From the NCBI GenBank assembly GCA_041484665.1, contig JBGPIA010000017.1, positions 1 through 64,000 of the forward strand: 64,000 nucleotides of DNA, in the 5' to 3' direction. The first letter of the stretch is position 1, and each line of letters begins with the position of its first letter. Below, in pieces: positions 38,396 through 48,921 of the stretch. The notes under the pieces were generated by a model. The model saw only the letters and a list, made by a program, of their open reading frames with translations. It had not been told where the DNA came from and made no database searches. The translations under genes were made by a program, and so were the position numbers. This DNA is from Candidatus Krumholzibacteriia bacterium (GTDB lineage: Bacteria > Krumholzibacteriota > Krumholzibacteriia > JAJRXK01).

Positions 38396-39502
38396 TCAGA
38401 GATTCGCCAGGAGAGCCTGGAAGCGCGGTTCGTCGCGGATCGCCGCCAGGTCGGGATCGTTGGCGTAGGACCACTTTACGCGATAGCCAGCATCGGCGGC
38501 CTTGATTGCGGCGTCGATGGCCTTGTCGCGTTGCCCGGTCAGCGCATACTCACAGGCCAGATTGTAGAGCGCTTTCGCGCGCTGGGACGCTGTCTTCGCC
38601 GCTTCCTTGTTGGCGGCGATGGCCTCGTCATACCGCTTCAACCCATGCAACGCCCGGCCCAGGTTCAGCCAGGCTTCAGCATCGTCGTGATTCGACGCGA
38701 GGAGCGAACGGTAGACCGCGATCGCGGCCTCGGGATTGTGCTCGCGCAGGGAGATCGCGCCCTGCTGCAGAGCGCGCCCGCGATCGTCAAGCTGCGGATT
38801 CAGCTGGGTGTACTGTGATGACAGGAAGGATTCCGGCGACCACTTGTACTCCATGTACTCGGCGGTGCGGTCGGCGACGTAGCGCCCCAGGAGCCGGGCG
38901 ACCAGATGGAGCGATCCGTCGATTCCCGCCGAGACACCCGCTGTGGTGATGATCTTCCCGTTGTCGATGAAGCGCCGCCCAGGTTGCACCCGTGTGTTGG
39001 GGAACTGCTTGGTCAGAGCTGGGATGGCGTTGTACCAGGTCGTCGCCTCGACGCCATCGAGGAGACCGGCCTTGCCGGCGATGAAGGCGCCCGTGCAGAC
39101 CGTCAGGACGTGCTCGGCGTCGCGTCCGCAGGTCTTGACCCACTCCATCCAGGCCGCGTCATCGATCACGCTTTGTGAATTGCCGCCCGGCAAGACCAGT
39201 ATGTCGGGCTTCGGGCTGTCGTCGATGGAGTAGTCGGGGGTGATGTCAAGGAACCCCTGACTGACCAGGGGAGATCGGCTGCGCGAGACCGTGAAGACGT
39301 TGAAGCCGTCCTGCGTTCCGTTCGAGCCGTAGCCCGACGCGGACTCGAATACCTCCGCGGGCCCGGCGAAGTCGAGAACCTCGACGCCCTCGTACAAGAC
39401 GATCGCGACGTTCTTCGTGTACGGCTTCGATTCCGTCGTGGCGGACGCTCCAAAGGAGGCGAACGTAAAGAGGATCGCAGTGACGACGACCTTCTGGATC
39501 AT
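38396..39502 (-). CDS. Exported DJ-1/PfpI-family protein with C-terminal TPR domain
   Basis: Signal peptide; GVEVLDFAGPAEVF, LVLPGG, nucleophile VCTGAF, TAGVSAGID; AWLNLGRAL, ALYNLAC..DPDLAAIR. Confidence 0.9.
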   Translation of the reverse strand: MIQKVVVTAILFTFASFGASATTESKPYTKNVAIVLYEGVEVLDFAGPAEVFESASGYGSNGTQDGFNVFTVSRSRSPLVSQGFLDITPDYSIDDSPKPDILVLPGGNSQSVIDDAAWMEWVKTCGRDAEHVLTVCTGAFIAGKAGLLDGVEATTWYNAIPALTKQFPNTRVQPGRRFIDNGKIITTAGVSAGIDGSLHLVARLLGRYVADRTAEYMEYKWSPESFLSSQYTQLNPQLDDRGRALQQGAISLREHNPEAAIAVYRSLLASNHDDAEAWLNLGRALHGLKRYDEAIAANKEAAKTASQRAKALYNLACEYALTGQRDKAIDAAIKAADAGYRVKWSYANDPDLAAIRDEPRFQALLANL

Positions 39503-39765
39503 GATCGTGCCCCTTTCACCGAGGACCATGTCGCGCCGTAGCACCCGTAGCATGCCACTCACCGCTTCCCCCAGGCCGTTACGGGGCAGGTCGATGGCCG
39601 CGCCGTGCGCTGCCCTACGTCGAAGGCCGCCTCTGGGTTGCGAGCCCACCTGCGTCGGCGGCCGCGGACCGCTCGGTCCGCCCGAACCCACGCCCCGCAT
39701 GGGTCACAGGGAGGCTGGACGCGGCCGCCCGGAGACGGTGGCCACGGTGAGCGCCGGGGCCGATC

Positions 39766-42700
39766 TCAGCGCCAGTCGCCCGTCGCGATGAAAGCGGCCC
39801 AGTAGAACGGACGCGACGACGCTCCGCTGCGCCGCCGCGCCTGCAGCACGCGCAGGCTCGCCTCGCGCGCCGCCTCAGGCGTAGATTTCCCCTCCGCGAG
39901 ACGCGCTTCATACGGCGCGTGCATCCACTGGCGCGCAGCTTCATCCTCCACGGACCACAAGCTCATGATGAGCGTACGCGCGCCGGCGACCGCGAAGGCA
40001 CGGCGGAAGCCCAGCACGCCCTCACCCGCGCGCGTTACGCCAACGCCTGTGTCGCACGCCGAGGAGACCGCCCACTCCACCCCGCTGAGATCCAGTGCGG
40101 CCACCTCCTCGACGGTGAGGATCCCGTCCTCGTCATCGGGACCCGCCTCCCCGCGGTGGTTGGCGCCGGCGAACACCAGCTCGGAGAGCAGCAGCGGACT
40201 TTCCAGCCCAAGAGCCGCTCGCGCAGCCATCACCGTCGCCGGTGGCGCTGGGGTAGGCTCTGCCCCGGCCGCTGCCACGGCCATGGCAGGCGCCGACGAC
40301 GACGGCTCCCCGATCAGGCCGCCGATCCCGCGCTCCCCGGCCGCCCGGATCGCGCATCCCTCGCCCAGGAAGAAGCCGTGCGTCGCCACGTACAGGGCGC
40401 GGTGGCCGGCCACCTGCGTCTTGAAGGCCGCCTCGCTCGCCCGCGCTCCGGTCAGCTGCAGGACTGAACCACCGGCGCCATGGGGCGGCTGCGGCGTTGT
40501 GTGGCTGCGCCCCGGTCCGTGCTTCTTCCACAGATGGGTGGCCTCCTCGATCTCGCGTCCCGTCTGGGGAAGGCGCGACCAGCGCACCTGCGCAAACAGA
40601 GCGCAGGGGACGCGCGGTCCCCGGGGCGAGCTCCACGCGGCCAGCAAGGGTGTTTGCGTGGACAGCGCAGACTAGGACGCGGCGGGTGGCGCGGCCGGGG
40701 ACGCAGCGGGCGGCGAAAACGGGGACGCAGCGGGCTTTGCCGCGGCCAAGGCCCAGGCGGCGTCGTAGTCGGGATCGCCCACGGCCAGGAGTCCCTGACC
40801 CAATGGGTCCTGTGACAATGGAGGCACGAGGTCGCGCTCGGCGCTCAGATAGTGCATCAGGGGCCCGCGTTCGATGAGATAGCTCGTGGCGTCGGCGGGC
40901 AGCGCCGCCAAGTTCACCAGGTTGAGCTCGGAATCCGGAACCAGGAACGCGCGCTGCGCCCCGGCGACGAGGTCGGCCAGGGGGCTCCAGATCCGCTGCG
41001 CCAACGCTGCGCCGGCCTGCCGGCAGTCCGCCTCGGCGCTGGTGGCCTCACCTGCCACGGGGGGCTGCCCGCAGCGCTCACGCCATGCGCCCACCAGCGA
41101 GTCGATCGGCGCGGCATCCCCCAGCGGCACGGCGACGGGTTGCCCGTTCGCGCCGCGCAGCACGAACGCAACGTAGGAGGATGCTTCACCCGGCGCGGTG
41201 CCCGCGCGCGCCGTCGATGGCCGGAGTGGGTCGAAGCGCGCGTACGCCACCAGCACGTCAGCGGTCGAGAGCGTCGCGGCGACCTCCTTCAGCCCGATCG
41301 CGTGGCGTGCCGATTCGGCACGATACGCGGCGCTGGCCGAGAGCAGCGCCTGCTCGGCTGCCTCGGCCTCCGCGCGGGCCTCGTCCAGCAGGGCCCGGTA
41401 CTGGTCCGCCGCAGATCCGTCGGGACCGCGCACCGCGAGGTTGGCCAGGCGTTGCTGAGCCCGCGCGTGGGCGGTGGACAGCTGGGCGAGCGCCGGGTCC
41501 GTGCCCGCCCGGGCCGCTCGGTGCCGGGTTGCCATCTCGTCGAGGGCCAGCGCGCGCGATCGGATGAGGGCGTCCCAGCCGCAACCACAGCTCTCCGCGT
41601 CCCCACGCAACGGTCCCGCGGCAAGTGCCAGCGCCGCGCTCAGCCCGGAGGCGCGCATCGCTGCGTACGCGAGCGCCTGTCTCTCGGGGAGCGAACGCGC
41701 GGTCAGGCGCAGACTCTCCCGCCCCACCTCCTCGGCGCGCAATGCCAGCCGCAACGCACCGGCTCCATCACCCAAGTCGCCGTAGGCCGCTGCCAGCTTT
41801 GCGAGGGACGCGGCCACCAGGGGGTAGTCCGGGCCGAATGTCTCCTCGCGGATCGCCAGAGCGCGTTCGATGAGTGGCTTGGCCCGCTCCGGCTCACCAC
41901 GGTCGAGCCACAGGCCACCGAGGCCGTTGAGCACGAGCGCAACGTCCGGGTGCTTGGGCCTTTCGCTCTGCTCGAAGATGGTCAGGGCACGTTCGTAGAG
42001 CTCCTGTGCCTGGGCGAACTCGCCGAGCGCCTACGCCGCGTTGGCCAGGCTGTTGAGGCTGTTGGCGACCGCGACGTGCTTGGGGCCATACGTCTTCTCG
42101 CGGATGGCCAGCGCGCGCGCAAAGAGCGGCCGCGCCGCGCGCAGGTCGCCCATCTCGAAATCGAGGACGGCGAGGTTCATCATTGCCGCCGCCAGGCGCG
42201 GATGGTCGGGCCCCAGGTTCTTCTCCAAGATCGTTAGCGCGCGCTCGTAGAGGCCACGCGCTTGCGCCCGCTCACCCATCTCCGCGAGCACGTTTCCCAG
42301 ATTGCCCAGCGTCAGCGCGATGTTCTTGTGCTCGGGCCCCAGCGTCTTCTCCGAAATGGCCAGCGCGCGCGCGCGAAGCGCTCGCGGGCCTTCGCAAAGT
42401 CCCCCGTGTTGTAGGAGATCGCGCCCAGGTTGCTCAAAAGCCCGGCGACCTGCGGCGACTCTGGCCCTTTCGTGCGCTTGCGGATGGAGAGCGCACGCAA
42501 GTACTGGCGCTCCGAGGCAACGAAGTCCCCCCTCCCCGTGAGCACGGCGACCAGGCTGTTCAGGCTGTAGGCCACCTCGTCATGGTCGGGTCCGTAGAGC
42601 TTCTCCTTGAGCGCGACGAGACGCTCCGCCAGCGCGCGGGCGGCCGCGGCGGCCGCTTCGCCACCCTGCCACAGGGCCTGCACGAGGGCGTCGAGTGCGG

Positions 42701-43010
42701 CGGCCACCTCAGCGCTCTGCGCACCCGTGGTGCGTTCGGTGTCCGCCAGCAGCGAGCGTGCCATGCCCTGTGCGTCAGGATAGCGCCCGTCCTTGATAAG
42801 AGCGCGAACACGCTCGAGCGTTGGGGACTCCTGCTGAGCATCCGGAGCGGGCGACTGCTGCGCGGACGAAGGCGTCGCAGACTGCGCGAGCGCGGGCGCC
42901 GGCGCTGCGAGCAGCGGGGCGGCAGCCACGAGGATGGTCAGCAGGATGCAGTTTCGCACCCGGGGGCCGACCGCCGCGGAAAGCCGCACGGCGGGCTTTG
43001 CGATGGTCAC
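39766..43010 (-). pseudogene. Disrupted TPR-CHAT protease gene (CHAT3)
   Basis: Signal peptide and GPDHP-type TPRs; frameshift near 42375; in-frame TAG at 42031 and 40672; LYVATHG, SSACDTG, PFYWAAF. Confidence 0.85.
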
Positions 43011-43188
43011 GCTTCCTTCGTTCCGGTGGATGCGTCCATTCTACTCGCAGCCCGTCCCACGTCGATACTGCCCGGCGCGGATCGTCATCCCGGAATCCGT
43101 CGCCGCGTCTTGCAGCAGGCTCCCGCTGATGAGGCGAAGGTGGGCGCGCTTGCGGCGGCGTGATATGGTCCGCGCATGAAGGCTGGTC

Positions 43189-43845
43189 ATGCCGACGCCT
43201 GAACCAACCACGCCTGCGCGAACCCGGGATGATCCCGGCAACGAGGAACGACTCGTCGCCGGTCTGATCGCCGGGGACCGGAGCGCCATCGCCGAGTTCC
43301 TGGAACGGACCCACCACGCCGTCTACGGCCTGGCCATCCGAGTCGGTGGCGACCCGGAAACACGACGCGATTGGACGCACGAAGCGCTGCTCGGTCTGTT
43401 GGAGGACCTCCGCCGCGGCCGTTTCGTCTACCGGGGGCCGGGCAGCTTCTGGGCCTGGTTCCGCAAGCGTGCCTATTTCCGCGTGCTCGACGAGCGACGA
43501 CGCTGCCGGCGGCGTCGGGAGCGCGAGGGGCACGCGGCGACCGACGAGGACGGCGACATCGATCTCGACGGCTACGCCGGGACGGAGGATCCCCTTCGCG
43601 AGCTCGAGCGCGTGGAGATCCGCGCCGCGATCGAGGCGTGTCTGGACAAGCTGCCGAGCGCCGATCAGCGCCGCGCCCTGTGGCTTCTCTACGCGGAAGC
43701 CAGGCCCTACCAGGACATCGCCGACACCATGGCCTCGTCACTGAACACGGTGCGCTCCTGGATCCGGCGCGGCCGCATCCTGCTGCGCAAGTGCCTGATG
43801 GTCACCCTCGATCTCGCCGCCCCGCCGGACGGTCTGGACGCCTGA
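43189..43845 (+). CDS. ECF-type RNA polymerase sigma factor
   Basis: Region 2 DWTHEALL..SFWAWFRKRAYFRVLDERR; region 4 CLDKLPSADQRRAL..YQDIADTMASSLNTVRSWIRRGR. Confidence 0.92.
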   Translation: MPTPEPTTPARTRDDPGNEERLVAGLIAGDRSAIAEFLERTHHAVYGLAIRVGGDPETRRDWTHEALLGLLEDLRRGRFVYRGPGSFWAWFRKRAYFRVLDERRRCRRRREREGHAATDEDGDIDLDGYAGTEDPLRELERVEIRAAIEACLDKLPSADQRRALWLLYAEARPYQDIADTMASSLNTVRSWIRRGRILLRKCLMVTLDLAAPPDGLDA

Positions 43846-43917
43846 GGCGGGTGCGGTGCAACTCTCGCGGCGGCGAGATCCGTTCTTGCTGCGCGGGCCG
43901 AACCAAGGACGGGGCAG

Positions 43918-44796
43918 GTGGAGCGAGAACACGATCGCTGGCGGGAGCTGATCCTCGCCCACGAGGACCTCGGAGTGGACGAGCGGGCCGCTGCGGACGA
44001 CCACCTCGCCGCGTGCGAGGACTGTCGCGCGCTGTTGGCGCGTCTGCGCGAGCTGGAGAAGGCGGCGGCGCCGCGCGGGCAGCTCCCCCCGCTCGACACC
44101 GTCGCGCCGGCGCTCTCGCCACCGCTGCAAGCGGAGGCGGACGCGAGCCTGCATACGCTGCGGGCGCGCCTCGGCCTGGAGCAGGAGCGGACTGCGGCGC
44201 AGGGAGAGACCGCCCGGCACTCGGCCGGCCGGCGCGCTCCGCTGCGCCGTCTCGGCGTCCCGCTCGCGCTCGCAGCTGGCTTGGTCTTCGTCGCAGTGCT
44301 CGCCCGTACCGATCGCGAGCAATCAGTCGTGCGCGGCCTGCGGATCCTGCCGTTCTCGGCCGACCGGGGCGGGGCCCAGAGCACTGCCACCACGCCGCGC
44401 CCCGTCTGGCATACGGGGGACGCCTTCGTCCTGGCGTTCGATCTCACGACGGACTCGTACCCGGCGGTGTTCCACGTCGGCCCGTCGGGTGAGGTGTCGC
44501 TTCTCCATCCCATGGACGCGAGCGCGCCCCTGCCGCGTCTGGCCGCCGGTCGCGGCCGCGAGCTGCCGCTCGCCGGCGAGCGGTCGGTGTGGGCCCTCGA
44601 AGGGGCGCCTGGACCCGAGACCTTCCTGGTCGCCGCCGGGAAGCGCCCCGATCCGGGCCTGCCGGAGGTCCTCGCCGACGCGCAGACGCTGGCGCAGACG
44701 ACGCCGCGGCGACAGGAGGTGCTGGCGGGGCTCGTCCGACTCCTCACCGTCCGGCTGGGGCCGGTGCAGACCGTCGAAGTCGAGCATCTGCCTTGA
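43918..44796 (+). CDS. Zinc-finger (ZAS) anti-sigma factor with TM helix and extracytoplasmic DUF4384-like domain
   Basis: HLAACEDC (HxxxCxxC); TM LGVPLALAAGLVFVAVLA; TGDAFVLAF..VFHVGPSGEVSLLHP..GAPGPETFLV. Confidence 0.82.
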   Translation: MEREHDRWRELILAHEDLGVDERAAADDHLAACEDCRALLARLRELEKAAAPRGQLPPLDTVAPALSPPLQAEADASLHTLRARLGLEQERTAAQGETARHSAGRRAPLRRLGVPLALAAGLVFVAVLARTDREQSVVRGLRILPFSADRGGAQSTATTPRPVWHTGDAFVLAFDLTTDSYPAVFHVGPSGEVSLLHPMDASAPLPRLAAGRGRELPLAGERSVWALEGAPGPETFLVAAGKRPDPGLPEVLADAQTLAQTTPRRQEVLAGLVRLLTVRLGPVQTVEVEHLP

Positions 44797-44809
44797 GCCG
44801 GGAGCGCGT

Positions 44810-47800
44810 CTATGGGACTCGCTCGCCCAGCAGCACGAACGGCGCCCAGGCGGCCGGCACGGACGAGCGCCCGTCCAGCGAACGCCGGCCGACACCGCGC
44901 GTCTGCGGGGCGAGTGGCTCCCCGGCGCCGCCGTCCGCCCCCTCCAGCGACCGCAGCGCGGCGGTCTTGGCCCCGCGCAGCGCCACGGCCGGAGGCTGGC
45001 CTTCGGCCAGTCGTCGGTAGAAGGCGGCCATGAAGCGCATGGTCGCGGCGTCGTCGACCTTCCAGAGGCTCACCACGAGGTTGCGCGCCCCCATCAGCCG
45101 GAAGGCCCGCGCGAGGCTCAGCAACCCTTCGCCACGCAACAGTCTCCCCGCGCCGGTCTCGCAGGCCGACAGCGTCACGAGCTGCAGATCCTGACTGTGC
45201 TCGGCGATCTCCTGCGCTTGCAGGATGCCGTCGTCGGTGCCATCACCCGCGGGATCCTTGGCAGGCGACAGCACGATGCCGGAGAACTCGGGGTGCCGGT
45301 CGTCCACGAACGCGTGGGCCGCCACGTGGACCATACCCGCACGGGCGGTCTCCTCCCAGAAGCGGCGCTCGGTTGCTTGCTCGCCTACGAACACGCGCGC
45401 GCCGGGGACCAGACCGGGCAGGGCCTCGACCTCCCGTCGCGCGTTCGGCAGCGGGCGCAGCGCCGGAAGCCCATCGCCCGACGCGACGCCGGGAGTGCCC
45501 GTTCCAGCCTCCCCAGCCACGAGGGCCGGGTCGCCGAACGCCACAAGCGGAGCAGTGTACGATTCGTCGCGGCCGGGCGCGGGCGGTCGCGCGGGATGAA
45601 GCAGCAGCGTGGCCGAGCTCGCGTAGACGACCGGCGCTCTCTCCAGCAGGCATACACGTCCGTCCCCTCGCCGGTCGCCGACCAGGAGCGCTTCGAACGG
45701 CAGCAGGTGCAGGGCGCCGTCCGGCAGGATGTAGAGTGCCCGATCGGTGGCTCCGGCCAGGGCCCTTCCCCCGAGCAGCGTGTCGGCGAGCGCGGCGGCC
45801 GCCGCTCGCCAGGCGTCGGCCGGACCGTCGCGCAGTGCGGCCACGAGGTCCGCCACGCGACGCCCCAGACGCGCTTCACCCCAGGGGATCTCCGCCACCG
45901 CCAGCTCCTTTGGCGCGACGGTGAAGACCAGCGTGGCATCCACGCCGACCAGGTAGGCGACCAGACGCTCACCGGGCCGCAGAGCCGCCTGGACCTCGCG
46001 CGCGCCGACCACCGGGAGACGGCCGACCTGGCACGCGAAGCCCGGTGCCTCGTGCTCCACGCGCAGAGCGAGGTCGCTCCAAACCGTCTTCAGCGAATCC
46101 ACCCGGCGCTCCAGGCTGCCGAGCGCCGGGGAGCGGTCGGTCGTCTCCGGCGAGTGCTCTTCGCGCAGAGCGGACTGGAGCCCGGCCAGCTCCGTCTCGA
46201 CCGCCCTGAGGCTCTCGCCCAGCACGCCCGGCACCCGGGCCCGTAGACCGGTGGCGCCCAGGGAGAGGGCCTCGCGCAGGCTACGTCCCCGCCCGCGCTC
46301 GAGTGCGGCGAACGCGGCCTCGGGTTGCCCGAGGGCAACGTGGGCGCGCGCGAGATCGGCGTAAGCGCTGTACCACGCTGCGGCGAACCCCGCGCGCTCG
46401 CCCGTGGCGGTGAAGGATGAGCGGATCTCCTCCAGTCCTCGCAGACCCGATTCGAGCTCGACGACGGCCTCCCGCTCGCGTCCGGCCGCGCGCAGGCAGC
46501 TGCCCAGGGCTAGTCGCGTTTGCGCGGTCTCCGCCGGGCCGTGCAGCTGCCGGAGGATGGCCAGGCTGCGCTGCAGCAGCGGCAGCGCCCGGGCCGGCTC
46601 GCCTGCGCTAGCCCGGATCTGGCCCTGCAGGCGCAGCGTGACCGCCAGCTCGAGCGTGTCCGGCATCGTGCCGAACAGGGCTGCCGTCGTGTCGAGAAGC
46701 GCCTCGGCCGCGGGTCGCCGGCCGAGGGCCTCGAGCAGGCCTGCCTCGCGGCGCATCAGGTCCCACTGCAGTTGAGGCACCCCCTCGTGCGCGAGCCTCC
46801 GCCCCGTGCGTGCCGCGTCGAGAGCGGCCTCGTCGCGCCCCAACTCCTGAAGCGCGCGCGACTGCAGGAGCAAGAGCGAGATCTGCTGGCGGCGATTGCT
46901 CGCGCCCGCCGCCGCGGCGATCCCCTCCTCCGCGACCGTCAGCGCGCGTTCCGGGTTGCCGGTGTCGAGGTGCAGCTGCGCCAGGTCGGCGAGGATGGCC
47001 GGCACCCGGATCTCCAGGCCGCGCGTGCGACAGACGGCCAGCGCCTCCTCGTACCGCAGGCGCGCGTCGCGATAGTTCCCCAGCCGGCACTCGGTGGAGG
47101 CCAGGCCGTCCAGGATCAGCGCCTGGAAGCCCGGATCACCCCCGGTCGGGCCGAGACCGCGCAGCCCCTCCGTGTAGGCTTCCTTCGCCTCCCGGTAGCG
47201 GCCCATGTCCCTCGCGAGATTCCCCAGGTCGCCGTAGCACCTGGCGAGGATGTCATTCTCGCGAAGCGCACGCGCCATGGCCACCGCCCGGATCTGCTGT
47301 TCGCGCGCCCGGCTCAGCGCTCCCTCGGCCCTGTCCAGATGCGCCAGGGCGCGCAGCGCCATCAACTCCTGGCGCTGATAGCCAAGGGACTGCGCCAGTT
47401 CGAGGGCGCGCGCGCCGTGGCGGCGCGCGGTCGTCAGATCACCGAGCGTCTTGTAGGCGTTGGAGAGCTGGCGGAGGCATTCGATGAGCTGATGACCGGG
47501 GGGCCGGTTGGAAAGCAGGGCCAGGGCCTCGATACGGGTCTGAAGGGCGGTCCGCGCGCTCTGCCGATATTCGATCTCGGCCCGAGTGAGCAGGACGTCG
47601 GCCAGGGCGTCCGGGTCGCCCAGCGCGCGCGCTGCGGCCTCGGCGTCCTGGAGATCACGCGTGATCTCCGGGACGACCTGGGACCCGCGTCGCAGAACCA
47701 ACTTCCAGAAGAGCGCACGGCAGGCGTCGGACCGCCGGCCAGCCGCGGCGTAGGCATCGTGTGCACGTTGCAGGGACGTGCGCGCGCGCGCCACGTCGCC

Positions 47801-48241
47801 GCGCGCGAACAGCATGGTCGCCGCGGTCACTTGCACGCCCGCGCGGCCGGGCTCCTGTTCGGCTTGCGTCAACAGCTGCCGTCCCGCGGCAGAGTCGGCC
47901 GGGGTCGTGACGAGCAACTGACCGCGCAGCCACGCGGCAAGGAAGTGATCGGGATCCGCGCTCAGCCGACGTGACGCTGCCGCAGATGCGGAGTCTGGGC
48001 TTTCGCGCCACAGGTCGCGCAAGCGAACGTACTCGTCCCCAAAGCGGGGGGCCTGTGACTTCAGGACCGGCTCGGCGGGCAAGGTCGCGCCCGCAGCCAG
48101 GGCCATGAGCGCGCTTCCCAGGATCGCGGCCGTGGCAGCAAGGAGGCGCCGCAAGGGGACGGTTCCGCGGAAAACTCCCGCGCGTCGCGCACTTGACGGC
48201 CCCGCTGCGACTCGCGGGTAGATCCGGCCGGTCGGCGACAT
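44810..48241 (-). CDS. Intact exported TPR-CHAT protease (CHAT4)
   Basis: Signal-like LLAATAAILGSALMALAA; TPRs; ILPDGALHLLPFEAL, VHVAAHA, LVTLSACETG, VSLWKVDD, WAPFVL. Confidence 0.9.
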   Translation of the reverse strand: MSPTGRIYPRVAAGPSSARRAGVFRGTVPLRRLLAATAAILGSALMALAAGATLPAEPVLKSQAPRFGDEYVRLRDLWRESPDSASAAASRRLSADPDHFLAAWLRGQLLVTTPADSAAGRQLLTQAEQEPGRAGVQVTAATMLFARGDVARARTSLQRAHDAYAAAGRRSDACRALFWKLVLRRGSQVVPEITRDLQDAEAAARALGDPDALADVLLTRAEIEYRQSARTALQTRIEALALLSNRPPGHQLIECLRQLSNAYKTLGDLTTARRHGARALELAQSLGYQRQELMALRALAHLDRAEGALSRAREQQIRAVAMARALRENDILARCYGDLGNLARDMGRYREAKEAYTEGLRGLGPTGGDPGFQALILDGLASTECRLGNYRDARLRYEEALAVCRTRGLEIRVPAILADLAQLHLDTGNPERALTVAEEGIAAAAGASNRRQQISLLLLQSRALQELGRDEAALDAARTGRRLAHEGVPQLQWDLMRREAGLLEALGRRPAAEALLDTTAALFGTMPDTLELAVTLRLQGQIRASAGEPARALPLLQRSLAILRQLHGPAETAQTRLALGSCLRAAGREREAVVELESGLRGLEEIRSSFTATGERAGFAAAWYSAYADLARAHVALGQPEAAFAALERGRGRSLREALSLGATGLRARVPGVLGESLRAVETELAGLQSALREEHSPETTDRSPALGSLERRVDSLKTVWSDLALRVEHEAPGFACQVGRLPVVGAREVQAALRPGERLVAYLVGVDATLVFTVAPKELAVAEIPWGEARLGRRVADLVAALRDGPADAWRAAAAALADTLLGGRALAGATDRALYILPDGALHLLPFEALLVGDRRGDGRVCLLERAPVVYASSATLLLHPARPPAPGRDESYTAPLVAFGDPALVAGEAGTGTPGVASGDGLPALRPLPNARREVEALPGLVPGARVFVGEQATERRFWEETARAGMVHVAAHAFVDDRHPEFSGIVLSPAKDPAGDGTDDGILQAQEIAEHSQDLQLVTLSACETGAGRLLRGEGLLSLARAFRLMGARNLVVSLWKVDDAATMRFMAAFYRRLAEGQPPAVALRGAKTAALRSLEGADGGAGEPLAPQTRGVGRRSLDGRSSVPAAWAPFVLLGERVP

Positions 48242-48441
48242 GGTCAGCCCCCTCCCGGTGTGGTGCGCCGCCTCAACCCCGAGCGACCGTGTTGCGATCC
48301 AGGATTGCCGAGACGCGGATCATAGCACGACCCGCAACTTTCCGCGCCACGACGGCCGTGTTCTCTCGCGTCCGTCCCCCGTCATGCCAGCCGGACCGCG
48401 CGAACGGCGATGATCCAGACCACACACCGGGAGGTCGAGTC

Positions 48442-48921
48442 GTGCCCAGCCAGTTGCGTCTCCGAAACATGATCGTCCTGCTCGCCGGCTCGCTGGCTCT
48501 GATCGGCACCGCCGGCGCAGCCACGGCTCAGGACGCCTTAGACCCGGCGGCGGCGCCGGACGCGGCGCTGACCGTGGCGCAGACACCAACTGCCCTGGCC
48601 CTGGAGCTCTCAGCCGTGCTGCAGGACGAAGCGGCGCGCCTGCGCGAGCTGGAGGCGAGCTTCGGCGCGGCCGCGGACGCGAGCAGCGCCCTCGCCGTGG
48701 AGCGGGAGATCGCAGCGGTCAAGTCGGTCACCGAGATCCGGCTCATGCGCGTGCAGGCACGCCACGCCCGCGAGGCGGGACGACTGGAGGCGGCCGTGCG
48801 GATCGAGGCTGCCATCGCCGAGCTCACGACGGCGAGCGCGCGGCCCGCGACACCGCCGCCGATCACCCCACGGGCCGAGCCGCGCGACGACGGACAGCGG
48901 CGCGAAGGAGGCCCGCGATGA
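48442..48921 (+). CDS. Small exported alpha-helical hypothetical protein
   Basis: GGGAGG RBS before GTG 48442; signal IVLLAGSLALIGTAGA; coiled-coil-like; ATGA overlap with next gene. Confidence 0.7.
   Translation: MPSQLRLRNMIVLLAGSLALIGTAGAATAQDALDPAAAPDAALTVAQTPTALALELSAVLQDEAARLRELEASFGAAADASSALAVEREIAAVKSVTEIRLMRVQARHAREAGRLEAAVRIEAAIAELTTASARPATPPPITPRAEPRDDGQRREGGPR

Noticed and set aside
7560..43010. Stop-codon recoding (amber readthrough) suggested by several in-frame TAG/TGA in CHAT1 and CHAT3
   Set aside because: The same genes also have frameshifts and deletions, both TAG and TGA occur, and intact genes here end normally at TAG (5245, 21385, 36581) and TGA
39766..48241. Type III-E CRISPR (Craspase) locus because of TPR-CHAT plus sigma factor
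   Set aside because: No gRAMP/Cas7-11, Csx30/31 or array, and the CHAT proteins carry signal peptides
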